From Polyangiales bacterium (GTDB lineage: Bacteria; Myxococcota_A; Polyangia; Polyangiales; Houyiibacteriaceae): 64,000 nt of DNA. The DNA lies in NCBI GenBank assembly GCA_045106895.1, contig JBGCFM010000149.1:32001-96000 (forward strand), read 5' to 3'. Positions 9,319 to 19,848 of the stretch are shown here, in pieces (position 1 is the stretch's first letter; each line of letters begins with the position of its first letter). Made by a program: the position numbers and the translations under genes. Below the pieces are notes generated by a model. It made no database searches, had not been told where the DNA came from, and saw only the letters and a list, made by a program, of their open reading frames with translations.

Positions 9319-10428
9319 CTAGTCGTCGAGTTCGTGCAGCGGACGAACACGCAATCCGCTGTTCCCAACTTCGGACTCCGACTCGCTCGCGAACTCGTTC
9401 GGGTCGAGGGGCGCGTCGCCTCCGGCCTGGGCCGCAAACTCCTGCAGCTCCTGCTCCAACATGGCGAGACCAATCGACGCCATGATGTCGGTCTTTTCCA
9501 CGCGGCGTTTTTTCGCCAGGTGCATGCCAACCATGAGCGACACATCTTTCGGACCCACCGATGTGCCTTCGAGCGCGCGGTCGAGTGCACCTGCGATGAT
9601 GCTGGCGCTGAGACGCTGCGCTGGGTCCGCCACGAGCACGCGCGAAAGAAGCATGTCTACGCTTGCCGGCACGCCCGGGTTAAAGTCGTGAAGCGACGGG
9701 ATCTCGCAGCGAGCTACGTTCTGAACCGTCGCCTTGTCGTTGTCTCCCAGGAAGAGCGGTCGTCCCGCGAGCATTTCCCAAAGAACGATCCCGAGGGCGA
9801 ACACATCCGTGCCCGGTCCCATCTCGCCGCGGCTTACGATCTCCGGCGCCAAGTAGCCGAGCTTTCCGCCCATCATCTCGCGGTCGGTGACGACGTTCGC
9901 TTCCGCGAGACCAAAGTCCGTGAGCTTCACGCTTCCGTCGCGGCCGAGCAGCAAGTTGTGCGGAGAGACATCGCGATGGATGATGTTCATCGACTCACCG
10001 CTCGCGTCCTTGGCCGTGTGGCAATACTCGAGTGCACGCGCAAGCTCGCGACCGATGTAGAGAGCCGCTGCCAGCGGCATGAATGCGCCGCGCTCGTGTG
10101 CCGGGTCGAGGAAGCCTTTGAGTGAGTCTCCGTCAACGAGCTCCATCACCATGATGTACGTGCCGCCAACGTCCCGCGCGTCATAGACACGCACGATGTT
10201 GGGGTGACGAAGCAACATCCCGAGACGCGCCTCGTCCTCAAACATCGCTCGATACATAGGCGCGCCCATCTCGGGCAGCACACGTTTGATGGCGACCTCG
10301 TGACGTGTGCCATCTTCGAGGATGGCCTCCGCCGTCCACACCTCCGCCATACCGCCGACGGCCAAACGCTTGATGGGGCGATAGCGGGTCGGAGCTCGAC
10401 GAAGCTGGGTAGTTAAACCCCTAGGCAT
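9319..10428 (-). CDS. Ser/Thr protein kinase (myxobacterial Pkn type)
   Basis: GGMAEV, VAIK, HRDVSPHN, DFG, YLAPE. Confidence 0.95.
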   Translation of the reverse strand: MPRGLTTQLRRAPTRYRPIKRLAVGGMAEVWTAEAILEDGTRHEVAIKRVLPEMGAPMYRAMFEDEARLGMLLRHPNIVRVYDARDVGGTYIMVMELVDGDSLKGFLDPAHERGAFMPLAAALYIGRELARALEYCHTAKDASGESMNIIHRDVSPHNLLLGRDGSVKLTDFGLAEANVVTDREMMGGKLGYLAPEIVSRGEMGPGTDVFALGIVLWEMLAGRPLFLGDNDKATVQNVARCEIPSLHDFNPGVPASVDMLLSRVLVADPAQRLSASIIAGALDRALEGTSVGPKDVSLMVGMHLAKKRRVEKTDIMASIGLAMLEQELQEFAAQAGGDAPLDPNEFASESESEVGNSGLRVRPLHELDD

Positions 10429-10467
10429 GGGCCTAGTGTCGAGTATGGGACCGCCTCGGTCAACGAC

Positions 10468-12309
10468 TCACGATGAAAATAACCCCTGATTCGAAGCATT
10501 TACGTGATCGTCACAGAGGGCCTCGGCGGCGTGCATTTCCGTTGGCCCGGTCACATTCCAGTGGCCTACGAAACCCGCGCTTTCCATCCGCTCCCGTTTC
10601 AACATCGTCTCCAGGGCGCGTTTCCCCGCTTCTCGCTGCGATTTCGCGTTTTTCCCAGGTGGCGGAAGCCTCGGGTAGTCATGACGAAGGACGCCCGCGA
10701 AGTGCCGCTGGTAGGTCGGCGAGAGCCACCACGCGAATGCGTACTCGAGGAGCGCTTCGGGGCTCTCGTCCCCCGAAATATCCTTGGCCCATCGCCGACC
10801 GAGCTCGCTGAGGTTCGCGTCGCCGCCCGGTCCATGCGTCGGAAATGCGCGGGCGCGACAGCTTGAACGCGCGGAGAGGAGGCAGTTGTCGATGATCGTC
10901 GTCGTCGCGAAGACATGGTTCCACGGGCGCCCGCCCCGATCCTTCCGCACCGTTACCAGGGAAAAGCTGGACGCGTCGATGGCACGCTGAAGAGCTGCGC
11001 GTGGCCGATGACAGACCTTGGAGAGGGAGACGAAGTAGCGTGTGTCGTAAGGCCGGTACTCGATAGGCCGAATCCAGGTCGTCCCCGCTGGGTCGTCGTT
11101 GAGGGCCGCGAGCACGAGGCGGCGGGCGGCCTCAGGATCGTAATGCGCGCTCTTCTTCTCGAGCACCTCCAGGAGCGGAAGGCGGAGGCCCATCGCAAAC
11201 GACTGCATGCGACTGAGGAGCGTCTCGCGGCTAGCGTCAACGAGGACCGCGTCACGATTCGTTTGCACGCCCTCGCGATGGAAAGGAATCAGCGTATCGA
11301 TGGATTGCCAATGCGCGGGGAACTCGGCGCCTTCCGTCGGCACGAAGAGATGGCTCGGGGGCAGCGAAGGAAGTGCGGAGAAGGAGGGCTCGGCTTCCGC
11401 GAGGGATCGAAGCTTGTCGTCCTTGGTTCCGAGTACCCGCGCGTAGGTCACCTGCGCCTTGACCGCGTGCATGGGACGGGCGCCGACGGCGACGACGACG
11501 CCGGGGCGTACGCCGAACACGTTGTCGTCCTCCACCCCTCGGGCGCGAGCGACGAGGCTGCTGCCACCAAGGTCCGTCAGTTCGATAGAGGGGAAGCGTC
11601 GAAGAAGCGCGCCTCGCATCCCGCGGTGTACAGGGCCGTCCAAGAAGGAGGCGTTGGACACAAACGCAAAGGCCCCCGGTCGGTGCTCGAAGGCGGCGTG
11701 GGCCCACGCAAAGAAGCGTACGTAGGAGTCGCTGAGGACGCCGAGCTTTCGCTCCTCGAGTCGCACTCCGTTCACGTCCCGCCGAAACGCCTCAAGGTGC
11801 GCTTCCGACGCGCTCACCTTCGAGGCGGTGCGACTCGCCCACGGCGGATTGCCAATGATGGCCAAGGGCCCGTCGACCTCGGCGAGGTGAGGAAGCGCGA
11901 GGGCATCTGCGTGGATCCAGTCGAGGTGAACGCCCGCTGGACGTCCGAGAGCGGCCCGCGCCGACGAGAGCGCCGCCGGGTCCAGGTCGATGCCCCGAAG
12001 GGTGAGATGCTTCGGGTCATCGACAAATCGAAGAAGCGACGCAAAGAAGGCGCCGGTTCCGCATGCAGGATCGATGACCGTCAGCCGCGGGGTGCGAAGT
12101 CCTTTCGGGAGCCCCGCCGACTGAAGCCTAAGATGTAGGCGTTGTACGACATACCGGCACAGCGCGACGGGGGTATGCACGACCCCGTGGGTGCGGCGGC
12201 GAGAGCCGCTAATTTCGCCATCGCGCCGGGAAGCGGCGTCGAGACTGGCGCTCTCCGCTGGGGTCAGTCCGGACATTTCCGGGACCATACGCTTTTGAGA
12301 CGTGTCCAT
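10468..12309 (-). CDS. N6-adenine DNA methyltransferase with Type ISP-like C-terminal specificity region
   Basis: DPACGTG (motif I), GNPPW (motif IV), YVRFFAWA, GVQTNRD, YRPYD, DYPRLP; start uncertain (12309 or 12276). Confidence 0.8.
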   Translation of the reverse strand: MDTSQKRMVPEMSGLTPAESASLDAASRRDGEISGSRRRTHGVVHTPVALCRYVVQRLHLRLQSAGLPKGLRTPRLTVIDPACGTGAFFASLLRFVDDPKHLTLRGIDLDPAALSSARAALGRPAGVHLDWIHADALALPHLAEVDGPLAIIGNPPWASRTASKVSASEAHLEAFRRDVNGVRLEERKLGVLSDSYVRFFAWAHAAFEHRPGAFAFVSNASFLDGPVHRGMRGALLRRFPSIELTDLGGSSLVARARGVEDDNVFGVRPGVVVAVGARPMHAVKAQVTYARVLGTKDDKLRSLAEAEPSFSALPSLPPSHLFVPTEGAEFPAHWQSIDTLIPFHREGVQTNRDAVLVDASRETLLSRMQSFAMGLRLPLLEVLEKKSAHYDPEAARRLVLAALNDDPAGTTWIRPIEYRPYDTRYFVSLSKVCHRPRAALQRAIDASSFSLVTVRKDRGGRPWNHVFATTTIIDNCLLSARSSCRARAFPTHGPGGDANLSELGRRWAKDISGDESPEALLEYAFAWWLSPTYQRHFAGVLRHDYPRLPPPGKNAKSQREAGKRALETMLKRERMESAGFVGHWNVTGPTEMHAAEALCDDHVNASNQGLFSS

Positions 12310-12362
12310 CCAGGTGGGCCGTGAGCCGACGATGCGGGGGAAGTTCCTCGTCGGAAAGACGC

Positions 12363-12423
12363 CTTTGAGGGTGAGCTGGTCACGGAGGCGAGGCGAACTT
12401 TGCGAAGTTCGTTCAAAGAAAGA
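12363..12423 (+). repeat. 61-bp dispersed structured element, copy A
   Basis: CTTTGAGGGTGAGC..GGCGAGGCGAACTTTGCGAAGTTCGTTCAAAGAAAGA; same length as copies B and C. Confidence 0.75.
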
Positions 12424-12473
12424 CGCATTTGCACGAAACCTTTTGCATCGCGTGGCATAGTGCCCACGAATCC

Positions 12474-13151
12474 ATGCCGGTTTCTGACGAACAGAATGAC
12501 CCAAGCGCAGGCGGAGGCGAGAACCTCGCCTCTCTGATGGGGCCATCGGACGAACTCCTCGCGTCGATGCGCGCGTCGACGCGGCAGCAGATCGAAGACA
12601 ACAAAGGCGTCCTCACGCAGATTCGCGAGAAGCCGACGCCCCTTCGGCGGATGGCGCTGCTCGTCATCTTGGGGGTCATCGGTGCCTTGGCTGTCGTCGG
12701 CGGGTTCGGTGACACCTGGGTCATCGCGGCGTTCCTAGTCATCGCGGGAGGCAGCTTTTGGCTCGCCCTAAAACCTGCCCATGAGGCGCCGCCGCCGCGC
12801 TGGCTTATTTGGGCGCTCCCCGTTATCGCCCTCGCGACCGCCGTCGTTGTCGCAACTCTCGCCCCTCGCGGCCAGATGCCCTTCGCCCATCATGTGAAGT
12901 GCTTCATCCCTGGCATGGCCATCGCCTTGGTCCTGCTGGGGACCGCTCGACTCTTTCGGCGACAGCCGCTGGGCTTCGCGCCCTTCGCGGGCTCCGTGGG
13001 CGCAGGCCTCGGCGCCAACGCCTTTCTCGCTGGGCGGTGTCACCTTGAACCCACCATGGGGCACCTGCTGATTGGCCATGGGTCGGTTCTCATCGTCGCC
13101 CTCGCCCTCGCGGCGGGCGTTGGCCTCATCGCCCAACGCAACCAGACCTGA
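12474..13151 (+). CDS. NrsF/DUF1109-like membrane protein (anti-sigma type)
   Basis: About 6 TM helices, conserved Cys (HHVKC) and C-terminal C..H-LLIG-H pattern. Confidence 0.55.
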   Translation: MPVSDEQNDPSAGGGENLASLMGPSDELLASMRASTRQQIEDNKGVLTQIREKPTPLRRMALLVILGVIGALAVVGGFGDTWVIAAFLVIAGGSFWLALKPAHEAPPPRWLIWALPVIALATAVVVATLAPRGQMPFAHHVKCFIPGMAIALVLLGTARLFRRQPLGFAPFAGSVGAGLGANAFLAGRCHLEPTMGHLLIGHGSVLIVALALAAGVGLIAQRNQT

Positions 13152-13360
13152 GCCTCTTCGGGATCAAAATCGGCAAAAGTCAGCGCTTTTGCTTGGTTCG
13201 TCGGCGAAATTGCGTTGAGCCCACGGAGCATCCTGCTATGGCGCTGACGTTAGTCGGAATTCCGCCGAGCCAAAATGGGTTGCCGCGTGGAAGCTTCGGT
13301 AAGAAATAACGTAGAAGGGGCGCGACCCCACCTTTTGTCGCGCTTTGGAGGATTAGGGAC

Positions 13361-14401
<1,041 letters not shown>

Positions 14402-14457
14402 GTTCTATTCCGCCCAGACCCGCCTCGCGGCGGCGACCTGGACGAAAAGACGTCGCT

Positions 14458-14487
14458 CAAAACGCTCCGCCTTGGCGGGGCGTTTTG
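14458..14487 (+). terminator. Rho-independent terminator
   Basis: CAAAACGCTCCGCC-TT-GGCGGGGCGTTTTG hairpin after the OMP gene. Confidence 0.75.
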
Positions 14488-14540
14488 TCGTTTAAGCCGT
14501 GATTGCGCCGGCGCCCAACTCAGCGAACACTGTGCAGCCA

Positions 14541-17384
14541 ATGGACGTTCGAAATCACCCCTACGCCGACTTCCTCCACCAAGTGAAGAAGCCCGCCCAG
14601 TACATCGGCGGCGAGCATGGAGAAAAGCGTAAGGACTGGGACAGCGTGTCGTGTCGCCTCTGCCTCGCGTTCCCCGACCTCTACGAGATCGGCATGAGCC
14701 ACCTCGGCTTTAAGATTCTCTACGGCATCGTGAACGGTCACGAAAAACTCCTCGCCGAACGGGCTTACGCGCCATGGGGGGACATGGAAGAGAAGCTCCG
14801 GGAGAACGAGCAGCCGCTGCGTAGCCTCGAGAGCTGGAGGCCGCTGTCCGATTTCGACATCGTCGGTTTCTCCCTGCAGTTTGAGCTCACCTACTCAAAC
14901 GTTCTCACCATGCTCGACTTGGGCGGCATCCCCCTTCGAAGCGCCGACCGCGACGAGAGCGATCCCCTCGTCGTTTGCGGAGGACCCGTCGCAACACACG
15001 CACAGCCGCTCTCCGGCTTCATCGACGTCTTCCTCATCGGTGATGGCGAGGAAAAAACCGCCGAGCTCATGCTCGCTTGGGCGCAACTTCGAGATGCGGG
15101 CGTTCCACGCCGTGAGCGTCTCATCGCTATCGCACAGCTCGGCGGCTTCTACGTGCCGAGCCTCTACGAGACGGTCCTCGACGAGGACACGCAGCTCTAC
15201 GTCGTGGAGAAGCCGCAGGAAGGCACGGACGCGCCCTACCCTGTGGAACGCGCCATCGTTCGCGACCTAAAGAAGTTCGACTTCCCCCACGATGGTCCCG
15301 TCGCAGCCACCGAGACGATCTTTGACCGCGTCTCCATCGAGGTCGCGCGCGGCTGCACGGAAGGCTGCCGTTTCTGCCAGGCCGGGATGATCTACCGGCC
15401 TGTGCGCGAGCGAGACCCAAAGGCCATCGTCGACACCATCGTGCGTGCCGTCAAAGAAGGCGGCTACGACGAAGCCTCGCTGACGAGTCTATCGACGGCG
15501 GACTACTCTGCCATCGAGCCCCTCGTTCATGACGTGATGCAGGCGCTCAAAGGCGAGCGTGTCAACGTCAGCGTCTCGTCGCTCCGGGCCTACGGGTTAA
15601 GCGAAGCGGTCCTCGACGATATGAAGACCCAGCGCGCCGGAGGACTGACTTTCGCGCCGGAAGCCGGCACCCAGCGCATGCGGGACGTGGTCAATAAGAA
15701 CGTCACCGAAGAACAGCTTATGGAGACCGCCGAGCGCGTGTTCTCGCGTGGCTGGAAGAAGATGAAGCTCTACTTCATGATCGGGCTCCCCACGGAGGAG
15801 GACGAGGACGTCATCGGCATCGCGCAGACCGGCGCTCGCGCCCTGGCCGTCGCCCACCGCACTCGCAAACGTCGGGACGCGAAGGTCACCGTGAGCGTCA
15901 GCAGCCATGTGCCCAAGCCGCACACGCCTTTTCAGTGGTGCGCGATGGACCCTCACGAAGAGATCGTTCGTAAACAGGGCCTCCTCCGCCGCGAGACACG
16001 AATGTCAAAGGTCTCCCTTCGTGTTCACGATTCGACGGGGAGCTGGCTCGAAGCAGTTCTGGCTCGAGGCGACCATCGGCTCACGGACGTCATTGAAGGC
16101 GCCTGGCGACGCGGCGCACGTTTCGACTCATGGCAAGAGCGCCTCAACCTTGAGGCTTGGGAGGAAGCCTTCGCCGACGCGGGCCTCGACCCCCACGCGA
16201 TGCTTGGCACCCTCCCCGTCAGCGCACGTCTGCCTTGGGACCATATCGATGTCGGCCTCGAGGAAGGGTTCCTCGCCAAGGAGTACCGAAAGGCGCTGAA
16301 GAACCGTCTCAGCCCGCCCTGTGGAAAGGTCGCCGGCACCTTCGTGCACCACACGAACTTGCAGGACGCAAGCGCGGACACCAAACGTCTAGTTTGCTAC
16401 GACTGCGGCGTCGCGTGTGACATGGGTAAGATGCGCAACGACCGGTTGATCTCCCTCGACCGACTCGGCGCCAAAGAGCCGCGCATCGCGCCATCCCTCG
16501 CGCGCCTCGAAGCGGGTGACACAGAAGCGGAACGTATCGCCGATGACCTCGCCCAGACGCCCAAGGGACGTGTGGAACAAGGACCGACTCAGCGCCTTCG
16601 AATCGGCTTCTCCAAGGTCGGCCGCATCGCCTTCAGCTCGCACCTCGACCTCGTCCGACTCTTTCCTCGTTGGTTCAGGCGCGTTGGCTTACCCATGTTC
16701 TGGTCCGAGGGGTACCACCCACGTGCTCAAATGATGTTCTCCCCCGCGTTGAGCCTCGGCATCAGCAGCACCGGCGAGTACGTCGACGTAAAGATCCGCC
16801 GCGACGACTTCGATGGGGACATTGAAGCGCTCTTGCCGAAGCTTCGCGAGGCCGCATTCGAAGGCATCGAGGTCTTCGGAGCCGTGGTCCTCGAAGACGG
16901 CGACCGAGCGCTTGGACGCATCCTCAATGAGAGCGTTTGGGTCGCAGCGCTACCGGTGAAAGCTCTCGCAGAGCGAGGTCTCGGAAGCGAAGAGGCGCTT
17001 CGCGCATTCGTCGCCGAGAAGCTTACGGGCCAGCTCACCGCCGTCCGTGAGCGAAAAGGCATCAAGCGGAACATCGACGTCTCCCGCGCGCTCCTCGACT
17101 GCGACGTCGGCGAAGGCCTCGAGACGCTCCGCGCCGCGGGTCTCGTCGGAGACTTCCTCTCGCTTCGCTTCACCACAGACATGGCCGCCGCTGGCACCGC
17201 GAAACCCACGGAGGTCCTTCGGGCCTTCTTTGGTGAGTTCCCCGCACGCATCGTTCGCGAAGGCGTCTTCGCCCGCGCAGAGGGACGACGCGTCTCCCCC
17301 CTCGACGTAGAACGCATGCGCAAGGTCGCCATTGAAGTGAGCGCGCTAAAGAACGGCCCCAAGAAATCTGAGCAGAGCGCATGA
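14541..17384 (+). CDS. TIGR03960-type radical SAM protein fused to DUF2344 (TIGR03936-type) domain
   Basis: FPDLYEIGMSH, RGCTEGCRFC (CxxxCxxC), C-terminal SHLDL..SEGYHP..FSPALSLG. Confidence 0.9.
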   Translation: MDVRNHPYADFLHQVKKPAQYIGGEHGEKRKDWDSVSCRLCLAFPDLYEIGMSHLGFKILYGIVNGHEKLLAERAYAPWGDMEEKLRENEQPLRSLESWRPLSDFDIVGFSLQFELTYSNVLTMLDLGGIPLRSADRDESDPLVVCGGPVATHAQPLSGFIDVFLIGDGEEKTAELMLAWAQLRDAGVPRRERLIAIAQLGGFYVPSLYETVLDEDTQLYVVEKPQEGTDAPYPVERAIVRDLKKFDFPHDGPVAATETIFDRVSIEVARGCTEGCRFCQAGMIYRPVRERDPKAIVDTIVRAVKEGGYDEASLTSLSTADYSAIEPLVHDVMQALKGERVNVSVSSLRAYGLSEAVLDDMKTQRAGGLTFAPEAGTQRMRDVVNKNVTEEQLMETAERVFSRGWKKMKLYFMIGLPTEEDEDVIGIAQTGARALAVAHRTRKRRDAKVTVSVSSHVPKPHTPFQWCAMDPHEEIVRKQGLLRRETRMSKVSLRVHDSTGSWLEAVLARGDHRLTDVIEGAWRRGARFDSWQERLNLEAWEEAFADAGLDPHAMLGTLPVSARLPWDHIDVGLEEGFLAKEYRKALKNRLSPPCGKVAGTFVHHTNLQDASADTKRLVCYDCGVACDMGKMRNDRLISLDRLGAKEPRIAPSLARLEAGDTEAERIADDLAQTPKGRVEQGPTQRLRIGFSKVGRIAFSSHLDLVRLFPRWFRRVGLPMFWSEGYHPRAQMMFSPALSLGISSTGEYVDVKIRRDDFDGDIEALLPKLREAAFEGIEVFGAVVLEDGDRALGRILNESVWVAALPVKALAERGLGSEEALRAFVAEKLTGQLTAVRERKGIKRNIDVSRALLDCDVGEGLETLRAAGLVGDFLSLRFTTDMAAAGTAKPTEVLRAFFGEFPARIVREGVFARAEGRRVSPLDVERMRKVAIEVSALKNGPKKSEQSA

Positions 17385-17998
17385 ACCTCGACTACCTCAA
17401 GAGCCTCGTCAAAAGCGGACTCGATTCCGCGAAATCACGCTTGGACGATGTGGCCCCCGTGGCGAACGCTCGAAAAGCCCTCCGCGAACTGACGACCCAA
17501 GGCGCGACGCTAAGCGAACCGGAGCTGACGAAAGCCATCTCGCAAACCGCCGGTGTGACGGAGATGTCCGTCACGGCACGTCGCGGCGCGCTTCAGATTC
17601 AAGCAAGCTTCGAAGACTACGAGCCGCTGAGCTGCGAGATTTCCGTCGAGGCTATTCGCTTTGCACCACGCGGGGCGAAGGAGATGATCTTCCGCGTCGC
17701 CCCTGAAGAGTGCGCGTCCCATCGGGGCGCGCGCGCCGTCGTGGGCACCCTCGCGAGCCTCATCGCCGGCTCACTCTGGGCCATGGTTTTGGGCCCATGG
17801 GACGGCAACGGAGACGCCATCGTCGACCGAGATGGTCCGGGCCTCTTTCGCGTGGACCTGCGCAGCGTGCCTTCCGTGCGCGAAGCGATTCGAAAGGGAG
17901 CCAGCGCGATGGTCATCGACACGCTGATGCTCGGCGATGTGACGGCGGAGAGCGAAACATTGCGCTTGCGATTCCGTCTCCCGGGAATGATCGGCTAA
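17381..17998 (+). CDS. Hypothetical protein
   Basis: ATGA-coupled to the radical SAM gene, typical codon usage. Confidence 0.7.
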   Translation: MNLDYLKSLVKSGLDSAKSRLDDVAPVANARKALRELTTQGATLSEPELTKAISQTAGVTEMSVTARRGALQIQASFEDYEPLSCEISVEAIRFAPRGAKEMIFRVAPEECASHRGARAVVGTLASLIAGSLWAMVLGPWDGNGDAIVDRDGPGLFRVDLRSVPSVREAIRKGASAMVIDTLMLGDVTAESETLRLRFRLPGMIG

Positions 17999-18018
17999 CG
18001 CGTCCGCTCCCTTCGCCG

Positions 18019-19848
18019 CTACGCGTCTAGCTCTCGATAAGACTCAGCCTGCATGCCGAAGAGTTCGGCGTAACGGCCATCTTCGGCGATGAGCGCTGCG
18101 TGGTCGCCTCGCTCGGTGATCTTTCCGCCTTCGAGCAGGAGAATTTCGTCGGCGTCGCGAAGCGCCGAGAGCCGGTGAGCCGCGATGAGCGTAACGCACC
18201 GGCCACGGAGCGACTCGACCTCGTCGAAGAGTGCCTGCTCCGCCTCTGGATCGAGCGCCGCCGTCGGTTCATCAAGCACGACGAGGCTGGCCTGCGTGCG
18301 AAGAAAGGCACGCGCGATGGCGAGCTTCTGCCATTGGCCACCACTGAGGTCGACGCCGCCCGGAAAAGAACGCCCCAAGCGTGTCTCGTACCCAGCATCC
18401 AAGGCTTCGATGAACCCGTGAGCACCTGCGCGCGTCGCCGCTTCGTGGCGTTGCTCCACGCTCTTGTCCGTGTCCCCGAGCCCGATGCCTTCATCGATGG
18501 TGAGTTTGAAACGCGCGAAGTCCTGAAAAGTCGCCGCGCGCCGTTCCGCCAGCAGCTCCGGGGGCCAATCCTGCAGGTCAACGCCGTCGAGGAGCACGTG
18601 TCCCTCGTCGGGCTCAAGGAGGCCTAGCGCGAGCTTCAGGAGCGTGGACTTGCCCGAACCGTTGTGTCCCACGAGTCCAAGAACCTGCCCCGCGCCGACC
18701 TGGAAGGAGACGTCGTCCAGCGCCGCGTCTTGCGTCCCCGGGTAGCGATAGGTCACGCCTTCGAAACGTAGCCCTGCCTCTTCGCTTCGCGGCGGCATCG
18801 ACAGACGCTGCACCACCGCAGCGTCAACGCTAGGCTCGGCCGTTGCTTCCGGAAGCACCTCGAGGAGGTCGGCTAGGTAGAGTCGGTCATGCACCACGCC
18901 GGCGATGTCCGTCAGCAAGGTCTGAGTCGCGTTCTGGGCCTGTCGGAACACGACGAGGGCCATCGACATCACGCCTAGGCTCACCTCGCCGGCGACGGCC
19001 TGCTGCACCGTGACCAGGTAGGCGCCGTAGACAGCGACGGTCCCGAGACCTAGCCAGGCGCCGGTGGAGAGTCCTTCACGCTTGGCGAGGTGCGCTTCCG
19101 CTCGGTAGATTTCATCGCTCATGGCCACGAAGCGCGCGCGGAGAGCGGGGGCGAACCCGAGAACGCGGACTTCCTTCGCGAACCCTTCACGTGTCAACAC
19201 GTTCTCGAGGTAGCCGAGTTCGCGTCGACGGACGACCTGTTCGGCGGCGAGGTCATGGAGGCGTCTCGCGAAACGCACCTGAGCCACAAAAGCGGGGACG
19301 TTTGCCAAGAGAACCACCACAATCGCCCACGGGCTCACCTGCATCAGCAGCAGCGCCGAGGCGACGACGACGATGGCGCCGCGCATTGTGCCAAGACTGT
19401 GCTGCATGAAGAGCCCCGGCCGCGTCGCCGCTTGGCGTCGCGCGAGCTCAATGCGGTCATGCGTCTCCGGCTCTTCCATGCGCGCCAAGGAGAGCCGTGT
19501 CGCCTCGCCAATGATGCGTTCCCGAATACGCTCCGCAACGCGGAGGCCAACAAGGTGGCGCGTCACATGCTGCGTGCGCGTGGCCAAGAGAAGCCCAAGC
19601 ATGGCGCAGGCTTCAATGACCAAAAAGAACAGGGCGTTCTCTTCCGCCTGCAGGAGTGTGCTCGACAGAGCATCCGCGCGCTGAGCGCTCTCGACGGCGT
19701 CGATGATGCGCTTCCCGAGCCAAGCGACGAGCGCGGGCAAGACCCCGGACGCCGCCGTCGCGAAGAGCAGACCCAACGTCAGCCGTGGACTGGCCCGCCA
19801 GATCTCCTTGGCCATCCGCCGAGCGACCGGCACGCGTGCGCGGGACAC
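18019..19848 (-). CDS. ABC exporter, fused permease/ATP-binding
   Basis: TM domain, Walker A GHNGSGKS, LSGGQWQK, LDEPT. Confidence 0.93.
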   Translation of the reverse strand: MSRARVPVARRMAKEIWRASPRLTLGLLFATAASGVLPALVAWLGKRIIDAVESAQRADALSSTLLQAEENALFFLVIEACAMLGLLLATRTQHVTRHLVGLRVAERIRERIIGEATRLSLARMEEPETHDRIELARRQAATRPGLFMQHSLGTMRGAIVVVASALLLMQVSPWAIVVVLLANVPAFVAQVRFARRLHDLAAEQVVRRRELGYLENVLTREGFAKEVRVLGFAPALRARFVAMSDEIYRAEAHLAKREGLSTGAWLGLGTVAVYGAYLVTVQQAVAGEVSLGVMSMALVVFRQAQNATQTLLTDIAGVVHDRLYLADLLEVLPEATAEPSVDAAVVQRLSMPPRSEEAGLRFEGVTYRYPGTQDAALDDVSFQVGAGQVLGLVGHNGSGKSTLLKLALGLLEPDEGHVLLDGVDLQDWPPELLAERRAATFQDFARFKLTIDEGIGLGDTDKSVEQRHEAATRAGAHGFIEALDAGYETRLGRSFPGGVDLSGGQWQKLAIARAFLRTQASLVVLDEPTAALDPEAEQALFDEVESLRGRCVTLIAAHRLSALRDADEILLLEGGKITERGDHAALIAEDGRYAELFGMQAESYRELDA

